From: Candidatus Nomurabacteria bacterium RIFCSPHIGHO2_01_FULL_41_71
GTDB taxonomy: Bacteria > Patescibacteriota > Minisyncoccia > Phycocordibacterales > UBA9973
Direction of reading: 5' to 3'
NCBI GenBank assembly: GCA_001785355.1
Contig: MFTQ01000004.1
Coordinates: 3,612-67,611 of the forward strand
Length of the DNA stretch: 64,000 bases
The translations under genes were made by a program, and so were the position numbers. Positions 19,959-29,340 of the stretch are shown one piece after another. Numbering within the stretch: position 1 is the stretch's first letter; the number at the start of each line of letters is the position of its first letter. The notes beneath the pieces were generated by a model. It worked only from the letters and a program-made list of their open reading frames with translations. It did not search any database and was not told the origin of the DNA.

Positions 19959-20018
19959 TTTGAGTGGAAATAGGCTTTTCAAGAAACTTGAATGGGTATA
20001 TACTTATGACGTAACTTT

Positions 20019-20411
20019 ATGAAATACGTTTTCACCACAATTTTAATTTTTAGCTTTATCGGCATAGCTGTGTTCGGTTTGTTACAGTTTAGTCATGCCA
20101 GTCACACACCCGAGGCGCCGATGATAAATTGTCCCTACGCAGAGAATAGTTACTCAATCTGCCAAAGTAGTCTTGATCATATCAAAAACTGGCGTCAATT
20201 TTCGAATGTGATTATTCCATCGCTATCCATTTTCTCACTTCTGGTTTTAGGAATAGTCTTGTATCTATTCGGTAAACAGAATCTTTTAAAACAAAACCAG
20301 TATTTTTATAAATGGAAATATTTTTTATACGATCAAAAGTTACATACCTACAAAGAAAGAATAATCAAATGGCTAGCACTTTTTGAAAATAGCCCCTCTC
20401 TTTCATATTAA
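20019..20411 (+). CDS. hypothetical small membrane protein
   Basis: 130 aa with two hydrophobic helices and two Cys in the extracytoplasmic loop. Confidence 0.4.
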   Translation: MKYVFTTILIFSFIGIAVFGLLQFSHASHTPEAPMINCPYAENSYSICQSSLDHIKNWRQFSNVIIPSLSIFSLLVLGIVLYLFGKQNLLKQNQYFYKWKYFLYDQKLHTYKERIIKWLALFENSPSLSY

Positions 20412-20492
20412 GACATAGCTCTGAATTTTGTCGTAAAATTTTTAGTTATGTCTTTTAAGTCCTTCACAAGAGGATTTTTACTATTGTAAATT

Positions 20493-21071
20493 ATGGAAAA
20501 AAATATGAAAGACAAAAATAAAATTATCGCATTCATCGTTATAATAGCAATTCTTATCATTGGGCTTTTCTTTTTTGGAAAGCCTGGTAAAGATGAAGGT
20601 GTTGCAACCAGCGCTAAAGGAATTCCAGAAGGCGCTCAAGAATTAGTAAACTCACATACAGCAGGAACAGAAGATATAACTACAAGTATTTTGACTGCCC
20701 CAGAAACATTCTATGACTTCGGCACTATCTCTATGAAGAATGGCAATGTAAGTAAAGTATTTAAAGTAACTAACTTCACAACTCAAGATATAAAAGTACC
20801 AAGTTTAACCACTTCTTGTATGTGCACCACTGCGTACATCATAAAATCAGATGGAAGTAGAAGTAGACCTTTTGGTATGCCTGGTCACGGCGGGGCAGTT
20901 CCCAAGGCCAACGCTATCGTAGGAGCCGGTGGATCACTCGACATTGAAGTTGTCTTTGATCCGAATGCTCACGGTCCGGCCGGAGTCGGACTTATTGAGC
21001 GCGTCGTTTTTCTGGAAGACGAGAACAAAAATACAGTCGAGCTCAAGTTTAGAGCTAACGTAACTCCATAA
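20493..21071 (+). CDS. DUF1573-like membrane-anchored protein
   Basis: An N-terminal TM anchor, then FYDFGTISMKNGNVSKVFKVTN…SCMCTT…PGHGG. This resembles the DUF1573 S-C-x-C-T core. Confidence 0.5.
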   Translation: MEKNMKDKNKIIAFIVIIAILIIGLFFFGKPGKDEGVATSAKGIPEGAQELVNSHTAGTEDITTSILTAPETFYDFGTISMKNGNVSKVFKVTNFTTQDIKVPSLTTSCMCTTAYIIKSDGSRSRPFGMPGHGGAVPKANAIVGAGGSLDIEVVFDPNAHGPAGVGLIERVVFLEDENKNTVELKFRANVTP

Positions 21072-21076
21072 ATAAT

Positions 21077-21859
21077 ATGAAAAAATTCATTATTACAATT
21101 AGCATTATTATTATTATTGTTATAGTTGGATTAGTTGTGCTAAAAAATAGTTCAATTATTTCATCAATAATCTGGAGTTTGAGTAGAGAAGGTACTTGGC
21201 TTCTGCCCCTTGTCCTTATTGCCGCCATCCTAGATAGCGTGCATCCCTGCTCATTCTCAATTCTTCTTATAACCATTGCATTTCTTTTTGGTATGCAAGT
21301 AAGTCGAAAAAAAATCCTTCAACTAGGTGGGACATATGTAGTTGGTATATTCATGGCATATTTCCTAATTGGGCTTGGAATACTAAAAGTACTGCATCTC
21401 TTCAATACCCCCCATTTTATGGGGAAATTGGGGGCGACGGTTCTTATTATCTTTGGTGTGTTAAATCTTCTTAATCGTTTCTTTCCGGCATTTCCGATCA
21501 AACTCAAAATTCCAGGAGTAGCTCATTCAGCTATGAGTAAGTTCATGGATAAAGCGTCGTTTCTTGCTGTATTTATCCTTGGAATACTTGTTGGTATTTG
21601 CCAATTCCCATGTATGGGTGGACCATACCTTATGGTTATCGGACTCTTGCGCGATCAAATGACATATATGAGCGGATTCAATTATCTTTTGCTCTATAAC
21701 TTCATTCTGATTATTCCCTTGGTTGCGATTTTGTTCATATCAGCAAACAAATTATTGGTTGACAAAATGCAGATATGGAAGCGTGACAATATAGACGAAG
21801 TCCGACTTTGGGCGGGAATTGCCATGATTATTATTGGAATCTTAATTTTCTTTATTTAA
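21077..21859 (+). CDS. DsbD/CcdA-family thiol-disulfide transmembrane protein-like
   Basis: A polytopic membrane protein. It has a conserved LDSVHPCSFSILL helix and a second Cys-bearing helix, GICQFPCMGGPY. Confidence 0.45.
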   Translation: MKKFIITISIIIIIVIVGLVVLKNSSIISSIIWSLSREGTWLLPLVLIAAILDSVHPCSFSILLITIAFLFGMQVSRKKILQLGGTYVVGIFMAYFLIGLGILKVLHLFNTPHFMGKLGATVLIIFGVLNLLNRFFPAFPIKLKIPGVAHSAMSKFMDKASFLAVFILGILVGICQFPCMGGPYLMVIGLLRDQMTYMSGFNYLLLYNFILIIPLVAILFISANKLLVDKMQIWKRDNIDEVRLWAGIAMIIIGILIFFI

Positions 21860-21861
21860 TT

Positions 21862-22173
21862 ATGATTATTCCCATAATATCTATTTTTCTCTTGACTCTA
21901 AGCGTATGGGTAATTAATAAAAAATTGCCTATACAAATCTGTTCTATTTGCGCTGGGGTAACACTCACGTGGCTTTGGATGCTTGGAGGGATGTGGTTGG
22001 GGTTTATTTCTGTTTCTCGTTATGAGTTTCCAGTTGCAATCTTGATGGGCGCTACAATCGGGGGCATCGTGACAGAACTCAAAAAAATGTTCTTGAAATT
22101 CAGAAACAAAAATGAGTTAAAAGAAAATAAAGAAGTCGAATCATTAGAAGATAAGTTAAAAAATTGTTGCTGA
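21862..22173 (+). CDS. small membrane protein with a CxxC motif at a TM boundary
   Basis: MIIPIISIFLL…LPIQICSICAGVTLTWLWM and a C-terminal CC. An internal ATG is used to avoid overlap with the upstream gene. Confidence 0.4.
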   Translation: MIIPIISIFLLTLSVWVINKKLPIQICSICAGVTLTWLWMLGGMWLGFISVSRYEFPVAILMGATIGGIVTELKKMFLKFRNKNELKENKEVESLEDKLKNCC

Positions 22174-22174
22174 A

Positions 22175-22981
22175 ATGAAAAATAGAATAAAAGAAATATT
22201 ATATGGATTTTTAGTTATTTTTGTGATTTTGGTTTTGGGTTTTACTCCAGTTGCCCAAAAAGAATTATTTTCTTTGGATTGGAAAAACTTTGGCTTACAA
22301 ATGGTCGAAGCTGGAGTAATTGATCAAACAAAGTTTGAAAATCTCTATACCCAAAGAGGCGGACTGAGCGAAGCTGATAAAAAATTGCTTTACGGAGCTG
22401 ATAATAAAAATCTTGTAATTAATTCTGAAAACTCAGGAGTAGTGTTAAATATGCTTTGGGCTTTTGGGCTAGCTAATAAGAATCCGATTCTAGAAAATGG
22501 TTCGATAATGGACCCTAAATATGGAGGTGCGGGAAATTTCGCATCTACGGGCGGATGGACATTGGCCAAAGGAAATGCAATGGATCACTACAGTATGCAT
22601 TCGTTTGTGACACTTACACCAGAACAGCAAGCACTCGTCGAAAGGGTTTCAAAAGGAATATTTAGACCATGTTGCAACAATTCGACTTATTTTCCGGATT
22701 GTAATCACGGCATGGCTATGCTGGGATTACTAGAACTTATGGCTTCACAAGGAGCAACTGAAGCAGATATGTATAAAATTACCTTAGAGGTAAATACACT
22801 GTGGTTTCCAGATACATACGAAGCAATTAAAACCTTTGTCACATCTCAAGGTATTGATTGGAACACCATTGACCCAAAAAAAATCCTAGGAGCTGATTAT
22901 TCGAGTGTGTCGGGGTATCAAAAGATATTATCACAAATAAAACCACAGGAACAAAAGGGAGGAGCAAGCTGTGGAGCTTAA
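22175..22981 (+). CDS. membrane-anchored Cys-rich hypothetical protein
   Basis: An N-terminal TM anchor and the cluster RPCCNNSTYFPDCNHGM. Confidence 0.45.
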   Translation: MKNRIKEILYGFLVIFVILVLGFTPVAQKELFSLDWKNFGLQMVEAGVIDQTKFENLYTQRGGLSEADKKLLYGADNKNLVINSENSGVVLNMLWAFGLANKNPILENGSIMDPKYGGAGNFASTGGWTLAKGNAMDHYSMHSFVTLTPEQQALVERVSKGIFRPCCNNSTYFPDCNHGMAMLGLLELMASQGATEADMYKITLEVNTLWFPDTYEAIKTFVTSQGIDWNTIDPKKILGADYSSVSGYQKILSQIKPQEQKGGASCGA

Positions 22982-23002
22982 AAGATTAATTAAAAAATCA
23001 TT

Positions 23003-23533
23003 ATGAAAACAGAACACAAAGTATTTATAGGAATTGGATTATTAACATTAGTTATTATCGTGGGTGGCACATTGTTGTCTACCAAAGGGGGATTAAAAAA
23101 ACAAGAAGAACTTAGCAAGACCATGATGGGAGAAAAGATTGCTGATTTAGGCGCAGCGCATGTTGCAAAAAATGCGCCACATTCGGGATATAATTCAAAT
23201 CCTCCGACTTCCGGACCACATTGGACTGGCGTGGCGGGAGCCGGAATTAAAGACGAGCCTGTTCCCGACGAACTTGTGCTTCATAGTATGGAGCATGGCG
23301 CAGCGGTTGTGTGGTATAGGGAGGATTTAGCACAAAGTGATGTAGATATAATTAGGAGCGCATTTCAAAGTGCATCCGGGAAAAAAATAATGTTGCCACG
23401 TAAAGATCTAGATGTTCCAGTCGCTCTTACATCATGGGGTTACCTTCTTGAACTTGATACGATTGATGGTGAAAAAATTAAAAAATTCATAGAAACCAAT
23501 AACGATAGGGCCCCAGAGAAAGCGCCTATTTAA
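23003..23533 (+). CDS. DUF3105-like membrane-anchored protein
   Basis: NPPTSGPHW and HSMEHGAAVVWY motifs after an N-terminal TM segment. Confidence 0.5.
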   Translation: MKTEHKVFIGIGLLTLVIIVGGTLLSTKGGLKKQEELSKTMMGEKIADLGAAHVAKNAPHSGYNSNPPTSGPHWTGVAGAGIKDEPVPDELVLHSMEHGAAVVWYREDLAQSDVDIIRSAFQSASGKKIMLPRKDLDVPVALTSWGYLLELDTIDGEKIKKFIETNNDRAPEKAPI

Positions 23534-23559
23534 GGAATTGGTTATCCACAGCTCTTGAT

Positions 23560-23597
23560 TTGACAATAGGATATAGGGGTATATACTACTATAGTAG
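23560..23597 (+). promoter_or_regulatory. promoter TTGACA-16-TATACT with a CTACTATAGTAG palindrome over the -10/TSS (candidate CsoR operator)
   Basis: The -35 box is at 23560-23565 and the -10 box at 23582-23587. The 12-bp perfect palindrome is at 23586-23597, and csoR starts 31 nt downstream. Confidence 0.35.
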
Positions 23598-23627
23598 GTC
23601 GAGATTAATAACTAATTTATATAAATT

Positions 23628-23900
23628 ATGTTAGATCAAAAATTAAAAAAGAGAGCATTACATCGGGCTAAAATAATTCGTGGTCAGATAGATGGTCTAG
23701 TTAAAGCAATTGAGGTAGAAAAATATTGTGTTGATCTCATTACACAATCTCGGTCAATTCAACTGTCATTAAAAAGTATGGATAGGTTACTTTTGGCTAA
23801 CCATCTTCAGGGACATGTAAAGCATATGCTCAATGACACAAAACAAGAACATAAAGTCATTAAAGAACTCGTGGATCTGTATGCATTATCAAATAAATAA
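23628..23900 (+). CDS. CsoR/RcnR/FrmR-family metal-sensing transcriptional repressor
   Basis: 90 aa. LHRAKIIRGQIDGLVKAIEVEKYCVDLITQSRSIQ…ANHLQGHV shows the DUF156 fold signature with Cys and His ligand positions. Confidence 0.65.
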   Translation: MLDQKLKKRALHRAKIIRGQIDGLVKAIEVEKYCVDLITQSRSIQLSLKSMDRLLLANHLQGHVKHMLNDTKQEHKVIKELVDLYALSNK

Positions 23901-23905
23901 AATTT

Positions 23906-24157
23906 ATGAATACTACACGTGCCATTAAAATAGGATTAGCTTGGATAAACATCACATATATATTATGTTATGTCATTTGGGGATTATTGCCTATAGCCCG
24001 ACCATCAGTTCTTCCATATATTTTGCATCTTAATGTGGGTCCTGTAGAAACTATCTTTACCTTCGGTAATTTCATTGGTGGACTGGTTCTTTGGAATGTG
24101 ATTACGGGAGCTGGTATTTGGTTTGTTGGTTTTCTTGCTAAATATATTAAAAATTAA
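23906..24157 (+). CDS. hypothetical small membrane protein
   Basis: 83 aa and very hydrophobic. Confidence 0.4.
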   Translation: MNTTRAIKIGLAWINITYILCYVIWGLLPIARPSVLPYILHLNVGPVETIFTFGNFIGGLVLWNVITGAGIWFVGFLAKYIKN

Positions 24158-24171
24158 TTACAAAAATTGAT

Positions 24172-24417
24172 ATGATGTACGGATATAATAACTATGGTGA
24201 TTGGGGTGCTGGTAGTATGGTAGGTTGGTTTGGTGGTGGATTTATGATGTTTTTTTTCTGGGCTCTGATTATTATCTTCATTGTTTGGGTTGTGCGTGAA
24301 GTTGGCAGTAAAAATTCAAAATCAGGATCAAATGCTCTTGATATTTTAAAAGAACGATATGCAAAAGGTGAGATTGATAAAAAAGAGTTCGAGGAAAAGA
24401 AAAAAGATTTAATTTAG
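24172..24417 (+). CDS. SHOCT-domain membrane protein
   Basis: A TM helix, then LDILKERYAKGEIDKKEFEEKKKDL. This is the SHOCT short C-terminal motif. Confidence 0.6.
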   Translation: MMYGYNNYGDWGAGSMVGWFGGGFMMFFFWALIIIFIVWVVREVGSKNSKSGSNALDILKERYAKGEIDKKEFEEKKKDLI

Positions 24418-24431
24418 TAAAATAAAATTCT

Positions 24432-24755
24432 ATGAAACTAGGTATTATTTTACAATCAAATAAACCAGAACACATATGGAATACATTTCGTCTTGGCATT
24501 ACTACACTTAAAGCTGGGCATCAAGCGGAAGTTTTTTTAATGAACGAAGGTTCAGAATTAGACTCTATTCCTGACACCAAAGATTTTGATATTTCTGCAA
24601 GAGTGGCTGAATTCAAAAACCTAAAAGGTAATGTTTATGTTTGTGGCACTTGTATAAAATTACGGGGAAAAGAAAGCAACATATGTCCAGTTTCCACGAT
24701 GTCGGACTTACTTAAAATGGTTGAAAGTTCAGATAAAGTTTTAGTTTTTGGTTAA
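24432..24755 (+). CDS. DsrE/DsrF-like family protein
   Basis: 107 aa. ILQSNKPEH…VCGTC with a conserved Cys is typical of DsrE-like proteins. Confidence 0.5.
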   Translation: MKLGIILQSNKPEHIWNTFRLGITTLKAGHQAEVFLMNEGSELDSIPDTKDFDISARVAEFKNLKGNVYVCGTCIKLRGKESNICPVSTMSDLLKMVESSDKVLVFG

Positions 24756-24813
24756 AATTAGCATTTAATAAAAATAATTCTTAATTTTGGCATCTTAAAA
24801 AATCTTTAAAGAT

Positions 24814-27051
24814 ATGAAAAATAATTACCAAGATCATAAGGAAACAGAAGAAATAATATATACCTGCCCAATGCACCCGGAAGTAATCAAGAACATTCCT
24901 GGCTCATGCCCAAAGTGTGGCATGAGACTTGTGAAGACTGAAGCAAAAACACGCAATAGTGATCATGCTGGTCATGTAATGGGTGATCCATCAAAAATGG
25001 GTTTCTGGGAGAAATTTAAAATGAGCATGTCGATGACAATGGGTATGGATCATACAGGACTTGCCGGTCGGGAAATGGCGCGTCTCATGGAGATAGATAT
25101 TCGGAATAAATTCTTCTTCACGCTTATTCTTACAATTCCTATTATTTTGTATTCACCTCTAGGCACGGAGTTTCTGAAAATTAATCTTCCTTTCCCAATA
25201 CCACTTCCCTGGCTCCTCTTTATTTTAACAACACCGGTATTTTTCTATTCTGGTTGGATTTTTCTATATTCAACATACTTTGCTCTCAAAAGTAAGGTGC
25301 TCAATATGGCGGTGCTCATTGCCGTCGGTATTACCGCGGCTTATGGCTTCAGCATTTTATTAACCCTGATCGGTAGTGCCGATTCATATTACGAAGCGGC
25401 CGCTATGCTTATTACTTTTGTCTTGTTTGGTCACTGGATGGAGATGAAATCTCGTCGCGGAACAACCGACGCTCTCCAAGCACTTTTCAATCTCGTCCCG
25501 CCTCAAGCCAGAATTTTTAAAGATGGGAAGGAAGTAATGGTTTCCACTTCAGATATACAACTTGGCGACATTATTATATTGAAGCCGGGAGACAAGGTTC
25601 CTGTCGATGGAGAAATTACCGAAGGGGAAACCGCCATAGATGAATCTTTGGTTACTGGGGAATCAATTCCTACTTCAAAAAAGATTGGGGATCAAGTAAT
25701 TGGCGGATCAATCAACACTGCCGGATCGGTGAAATTTAAGGCGACAAAAGTCGGCAAAGACACCGCTCTTGCACGAATTGTGGCGATGGTTGAAGAAGCG
25801 CAGAATTCAAAAGCCCCTGGACAAAGAATTGCTGATCAGTTTGCAAAATATTTAGTTATTGGGGCAGTCGGATCTGGTCTTTTAGTTTTTGGTGTTTGGT
25901 ATTTTATTATGGGGGTACCGATTATTCTAGCACTCTCCTTTGCGATCGCTACGGTTGTCATTGCCTGTCCCGATGCGTTAGGACTTGCTACACCGACTGC
26001 TGTGGCTGTCGGCACAGGCCTCGGAGCAAAACATAATATTCTTATAAAAGATGCACCAACTCTTGAACAAGTTTCAAAAATCCAAGCCATTGTGCTCGAT
26101 AAAACAGGAACTCTAACTGAAGGAAAGCCGAAAATAATAGATGTTGCTACCGTAGATGGTTTTGATGCAAGCGAAGCACTTCGTCTAGTCGGTGCGGCTG
26201 AAGCTAAGTCATCCCACCCTTTGGCTGGTGCGGTACTCAATGAACTTAAAAAACGTGGCCTTACATTGCCAGAGTCGGTTGATAAATTTGAAAATCTTTC
26301 TGGCTTGGGGGTGAAAGCTATCGTAGATGGAAAACAAGTTCTGATAGGTACAGTGAAGCTCATGAAAGAAAACAACATTGTTCTCGGGGCATTAAAGAAA
26401 CAAATAAATGAGTTTCTGGAAAAAGGGGAAACGATCATGATTCTTGCGGTTGACGGCGCTGTCAAAGCTGTAATCGGTGCGGCTGATCCAATAAAACCTA
26501 CCGCTGTAAAAACGGTTGAACGATTGAAGGCTTTGGGTATTGAAATTGCCATGATCACGGGCGACAATAAAATGACCGCAGAAAAAGTAGCCAGTCAAAT
26601 TGGCATCGAAAGAGTGTTTGCTGAAGTAATGCCTGCAGACAAAGCAAGCTATGTAAAAAAGTTACAACAGGAAGGAAAATTCACGGCCATGGTCGGAGAT
26701 GGAGTTAACGACGCACCCGCGCTCGCTCAATCTGATGTGGGCATTGCCATTGGTGCAGGCACGGACGTAGCTATAGAGACCGCAAAAGTCGTGTTGATGA
26801 AATCTGACCCGTTAGATATACTGCGAGCAATAACCTTGAGCAAGGCAACAGTTCGCAAAATGAAACAAAATCTTTTCTGGGCTTCAATTTATAATGTTCT
26901 AGCGATACCAGTTGCCGGTGGAATTCTGTATCCTAGCTTCGGTATTATGCTTCGTCCGGAATTTGCGGCACTCCTTATGAGTATTTCTTCAATAATCGTT
27001 GCAACAAATGCAGTATTATTAAAAAGAGTCGAGAAAGATTTAGTAGTATAA
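24814..27051 (+). CDS. copA: copper-translocating P1B-type ATPase
   Basis: N-terminal TCPMHPEV…CPKCGM metal-binding domain and a Met-rich MSMSMTMGM stretch. The other motifs are TGES, DKTGTLT and GDGVNDAPAL. The TM6 motif reads CPD where CPC is usual. Confidence 0.9.
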   Translation: MKNNYQDHKETEEIIYTCPMHPEVIKNIPGSCPKCGMRLVKTEAKTRNSDHAGHVMGDPSKMGFWEKFKMSMSMTMGMDHTGLAGREMARLMEIDIRNKFFFTLILTIPIILYSPLGTEFLKINLPFPIPLPWLLFILTTPVFFYSGWIFLYSTYFALKSKVLNMAVLIAVGITAAYGFSILLTLIGSADSYYEAAAMLITFVLFGHWMEMKSRRGTTDALQALFNLVPPQARIFKDGKEVMVSTSDIQLGDIIILKPGDKVPVDGEITEGETAIDESLVTGESIPTSKKIGDQVIGGSINTAGSVKFKATKVGKDTALARIVAMVEEAQNSKAPGQRIADQFAKYLVIGAVGSGLLVFGVWYFIMGVPIILALSFAIATVVIACPDALGLATPTAVAVGTGLGAKHNILIKDAPTLEQVSKIQAIVLDKTGTLTEGKPKIIDVATVDGFDASEALRLVGAAEAKSSHPLAGAVLNELKKRGLTLPESVDKFENLSGLGVKAIVDGKQVLIGTVKLMKENNIVLGALKKQINEFLEKGETIMILAVDGAVKAVIGAADPIKPTAVKTVERLKALGIEIAMITGDNKMTAEKVASQIGIERVFAEVMPADKASYVKKLQQEGKFTAMVGDGVNDAPALAQSDVGIAIGAGTDVAIETAKVVLMKSDPLDILRAITLSKATVRKMKQNLFWASIYNVLAIPVAGGILYPSFGIMLRPEFAALLMSISSIIVATNAVLLKRVEKDLVV

Positions 27052-27888
27052 AGTTTTTTTAAAATAAATTTTTTTAGACGCATCAAACCATTTGATATCT
27101 TTATCGCGTTTAAACCAGGTCATCTGACGCTTGGCATATTTGATAGTTTCCGTTATTACTTTTTCAGGAGTTGGATGAAAATATTCAAAGCCAAGTTCTC
27201 GTAGTCTATTTTCCGAAACGCCCGATTTCTTTAACTTTTCGATTTCTTTTAAAAGTCCCGTTTTAAACATTTTTTTTACACGTTTTTCCACCTTCTCTTT
27301 TAATTTTTCTGGAGGCAGATATAATCCAATTTTGATAAATTTATAACTTAGTACTCCGAGTACTAAGTGGGGGACTTTACCTAAGGCTTTGGCTATTTCA
27401 ATTGCCCTGATCAATCTGACTTTATTTTTTGGATCTATATTTTTTGCTCTATTTTTGTCTAACTTTATCAATATACGAAATAATACGGTCGCACTTTTTT
27501 GTGCCAATTTGCGGCGTAATTTTTTATCAAGAGGAACTGAGGGAAATTTTAATCCTTTTGTTACCGCATCGATATAGAATCCGGTACCACCGCAGATGAT
27601 CGGAATTTTACCTCGGCTGACAATCTCCGCCATAGCGGAGATTGTCAGCTTTTGATATTTTTCAACTGAAAATTTATTTTTCGGACTAATCACATTTAAC
27701 AAATGATGGGGTGTCCCCATCATTTGTTTTTTGGTAATTTTACCGGTACCAATATCGAGCCCCTTATAGACTTGTCTCGAATCGGCCGAAATTATTTCGC
27801 CACCGATTTTTCCGGCAATTTTCACCGCTAAATCACTTTTACCAGTGGCGGTTTGGCCTAAAATGACGATTACTTTCGGTTTTTTCAT
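27040..27888 (-). CDS. miaA: tRNA dimethylallyltransferase
   Basis: P-loop ILGQTATGKS and ADSRQVYKGLDIGT. It carries the 23-bp palindrome in-frame. Confidence 0.85.
   Translation of the reverse strand: MKKPKVIVILGQTATGKSDLAVKIAGKIGGEIISADSRQVYKGLDIGTGKITKKQMMGTPHHLLNVISPKNKFSVEKYQKLTISAMAEIVSRGKIPIICGGTGFYIDAVTKGLKFPSVPLDKKLRRKLAQKSATVLFRILIKLDKNRAKNIDPKNKVRLIRAIEIAKALGKVPHLVLGVLSYKFIKIGLYLPPEKLKEKVEKRVKKMFKTGLLKEIEKLKKSGVSENRLRELGFEYFHPTPEKVITETIKYAKRQMTWFKRDKDIKWFDASKKIYFKKTLYY
27346..27368. repeat. 23-bp perfect palindrome, copy 2, in-frame within miaA (encodes HLVLGVLS)
   Basis: Identical to 882..904. Translated on the minus strand in the miaA frame: CCC CAC TTA GTA CTC GGA GTA CTA AGT. 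Confidence 0.85.
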
Positions 27889-27890
27889 TT

Positions 27891-29216
27891 TTAAATCCTC
27901 TTTATATCCGCGCCCAAGGCATTTAATTTTTCAACTATATTTTCATAACCGCGATCAATATGATTTGCAGGGTCGTTGATTATGCTTTTTCCTGGAGCTA
28001 GTAAACTGGCTAACAGCATATCTATACCGGCTCTTACGTCATGAGAATTCAATTCCGCAGACTGGAGTTTTGTCGGACCAAAGACATTGGCGCCGTAAGT
28101 TTCCTTGGCATTGTATTCCGAATCATTGAAATTATAAAATTTTGCGCCATAACCTTTAGGATGGAATAAATCATGCTTTAGGCCCATTTTTTGCAATTCG
28201 GCCAGATATCTCCATCTGGTTTCGAAAATTCTTTCATGAATCGTTGATTTACCTTTTGCCATATATGCAAGCAACAAAGTCATAAGCGGCTGCCAATCAG
28301 TCATAAAACCCGGATACCAATCGGTAATTATTTCCGTCGGTTTCAATGGTTTGTTGATTTTATTTATTTTTGCGGTATTTTTTTTAAAACCAATTTCAAC
28401 CCCGATTTTTTTTAAAGTTTCTATTAATGGTTCCAGAAGTTCCCTGGAAACGTTTTTAACAGTTATATTTCCACCGGTCATTATTGAAAGAATGATGGCT
28501 GTGGCCGCTTCAAGCCGGTCATAAATTGAATATGCATTTACTCCGCGCAAGAGGGGCGTCACTCCTATTATTTCAATAGTTCTCTGCTCGATTCTTTTTA
28601 TTTTCGCTCCCATATCATTCAGACAATTTATTAAATTATCAACTTCCGGCTCCGCCGCCGCATTTTTTAAAATTACTTTTCCTTCATTGAACACCGATGC
28701 CAAAATTAAATTTTCTGTTCCGGAATGGGTATTTTTTTCAAACGTATATATTGTTGATTTTGGTCTTTTTGGCATTGATATTTCTATTTTATTGTCATGT
28801 TCTAAAACTTTACCCCCCAGCGCTTTTATGCCTTCTAGGTGCCTGTTGAGCGGTCTTTTGCCGATGGCGTCTCCTCTGATGGGGTAGAAGATGACTTTAC
28901 CGGTTCTCGCCAGCGTCGCTCCAATAAAAAGCACCGATTGTCGCGCGGTCATTGCTTCAAGCGGAATTTCTGAAGAATTAATTTCTAAACTTTCAACTTC
29001 TATTATATTTTTATCCAAAAAACGCACTTTGCATCCGAGTGAAGTAAGCGCATCAATGGCTCTATAGGTATCCGAAATTCTCGGAATATTATGGAAAATA
29101 CATTTTTCTTTAGAAAGCAACGCTGTGATAGGCAGTTTTGGACCCGCATTTTTTGCCCCAGAAACAACGTATGTTCCCTTCAATGGTTTTCCACCCCATA
29201 CAATAAATTTACTCAT
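27891..29216 (-). CDS. murA: UDP-N-acetylglucosamine 1-carboxyvinyltransferase
   Basis: MSKFIVWGGKPLKGTYVVSGAKNAGPKLPITALL… The upstream 26 codons of the track ORF (MAELVDAHDSKS…) are the antisense translation of tRNA-Leu, so the start is set at the internal ATG. Confidence 0.85.
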   Translation of the reverse strand: MSKFIVWGGKPLKGTYVVSGAKNAGPKLPITALLSKEKCIFHNIPRISDTYRAIDALTSLGCKVRFLDKNIIEVESLEINSSEIPLEAMTARQSVLFIGATLARTGKVIFYPIRGDAIGKRPLNRHLEGIKALGGKVLEHDNKIEISMPKRPKSTIYTFEKNTHSGTENLILASVFNEGKVILKNAAAEPEVDNLINCLNDMGAKIKRIEQRTIEIIGVTPLLRGVNAYSIYDRLEAATAIILSIMTGGNITVKNVSRELLEPLIETLKKIGVEIGFKKNTAKINKINKPLKPTEIITDWYPGFMTDWQPLMTLLLAYMAKGKSTIHERIFETRWRYLAELQKMGLKHDLFHPKGYGAKFYNFNDSEYNAKETYGANVFGPTKLQSAELNSHDVRAGIDMLLASLLAPGKSIINDPANHIDRGYENIVEKLNALGADIKRI

Positions 29217-29218
29217 AG

Positions 29219-29300
29219 TGCCGGAGGAGAGAATCGAACTCTCACCCCTTGCGAGACACGATTTTGAGTCGTGCGCGTCTACCAATTCCGCCACTCCGGC
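29219..29300 (-). tRNA. tRNA-Leu (anticodon CAA)
   Basis: Minus-strand sequence GCCGGAGTGGCGGAATTGGTAGACGC…CTCAAAA…long variable arm…GGTTCGATTCTCTCCTCCGGCA. The anticodon stem is CACGA/TCGTG. Confidence 0.8.
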
Positions 29301-29340
29301 AGATTTACACTTTACTAAAATTTTATGTTAAAATCAATTC

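Noticed and set aside
29217-29294. N-terminal MAELVDAHDSKSCLARGESSILSSGT extension of the murA ORF
   Set aside because: This is the well-known antisense read-through translation of a tRNA gene, here tRNA-Leu(CAA) at 29219..29300. The real murA start is the internal ATG at 29216.
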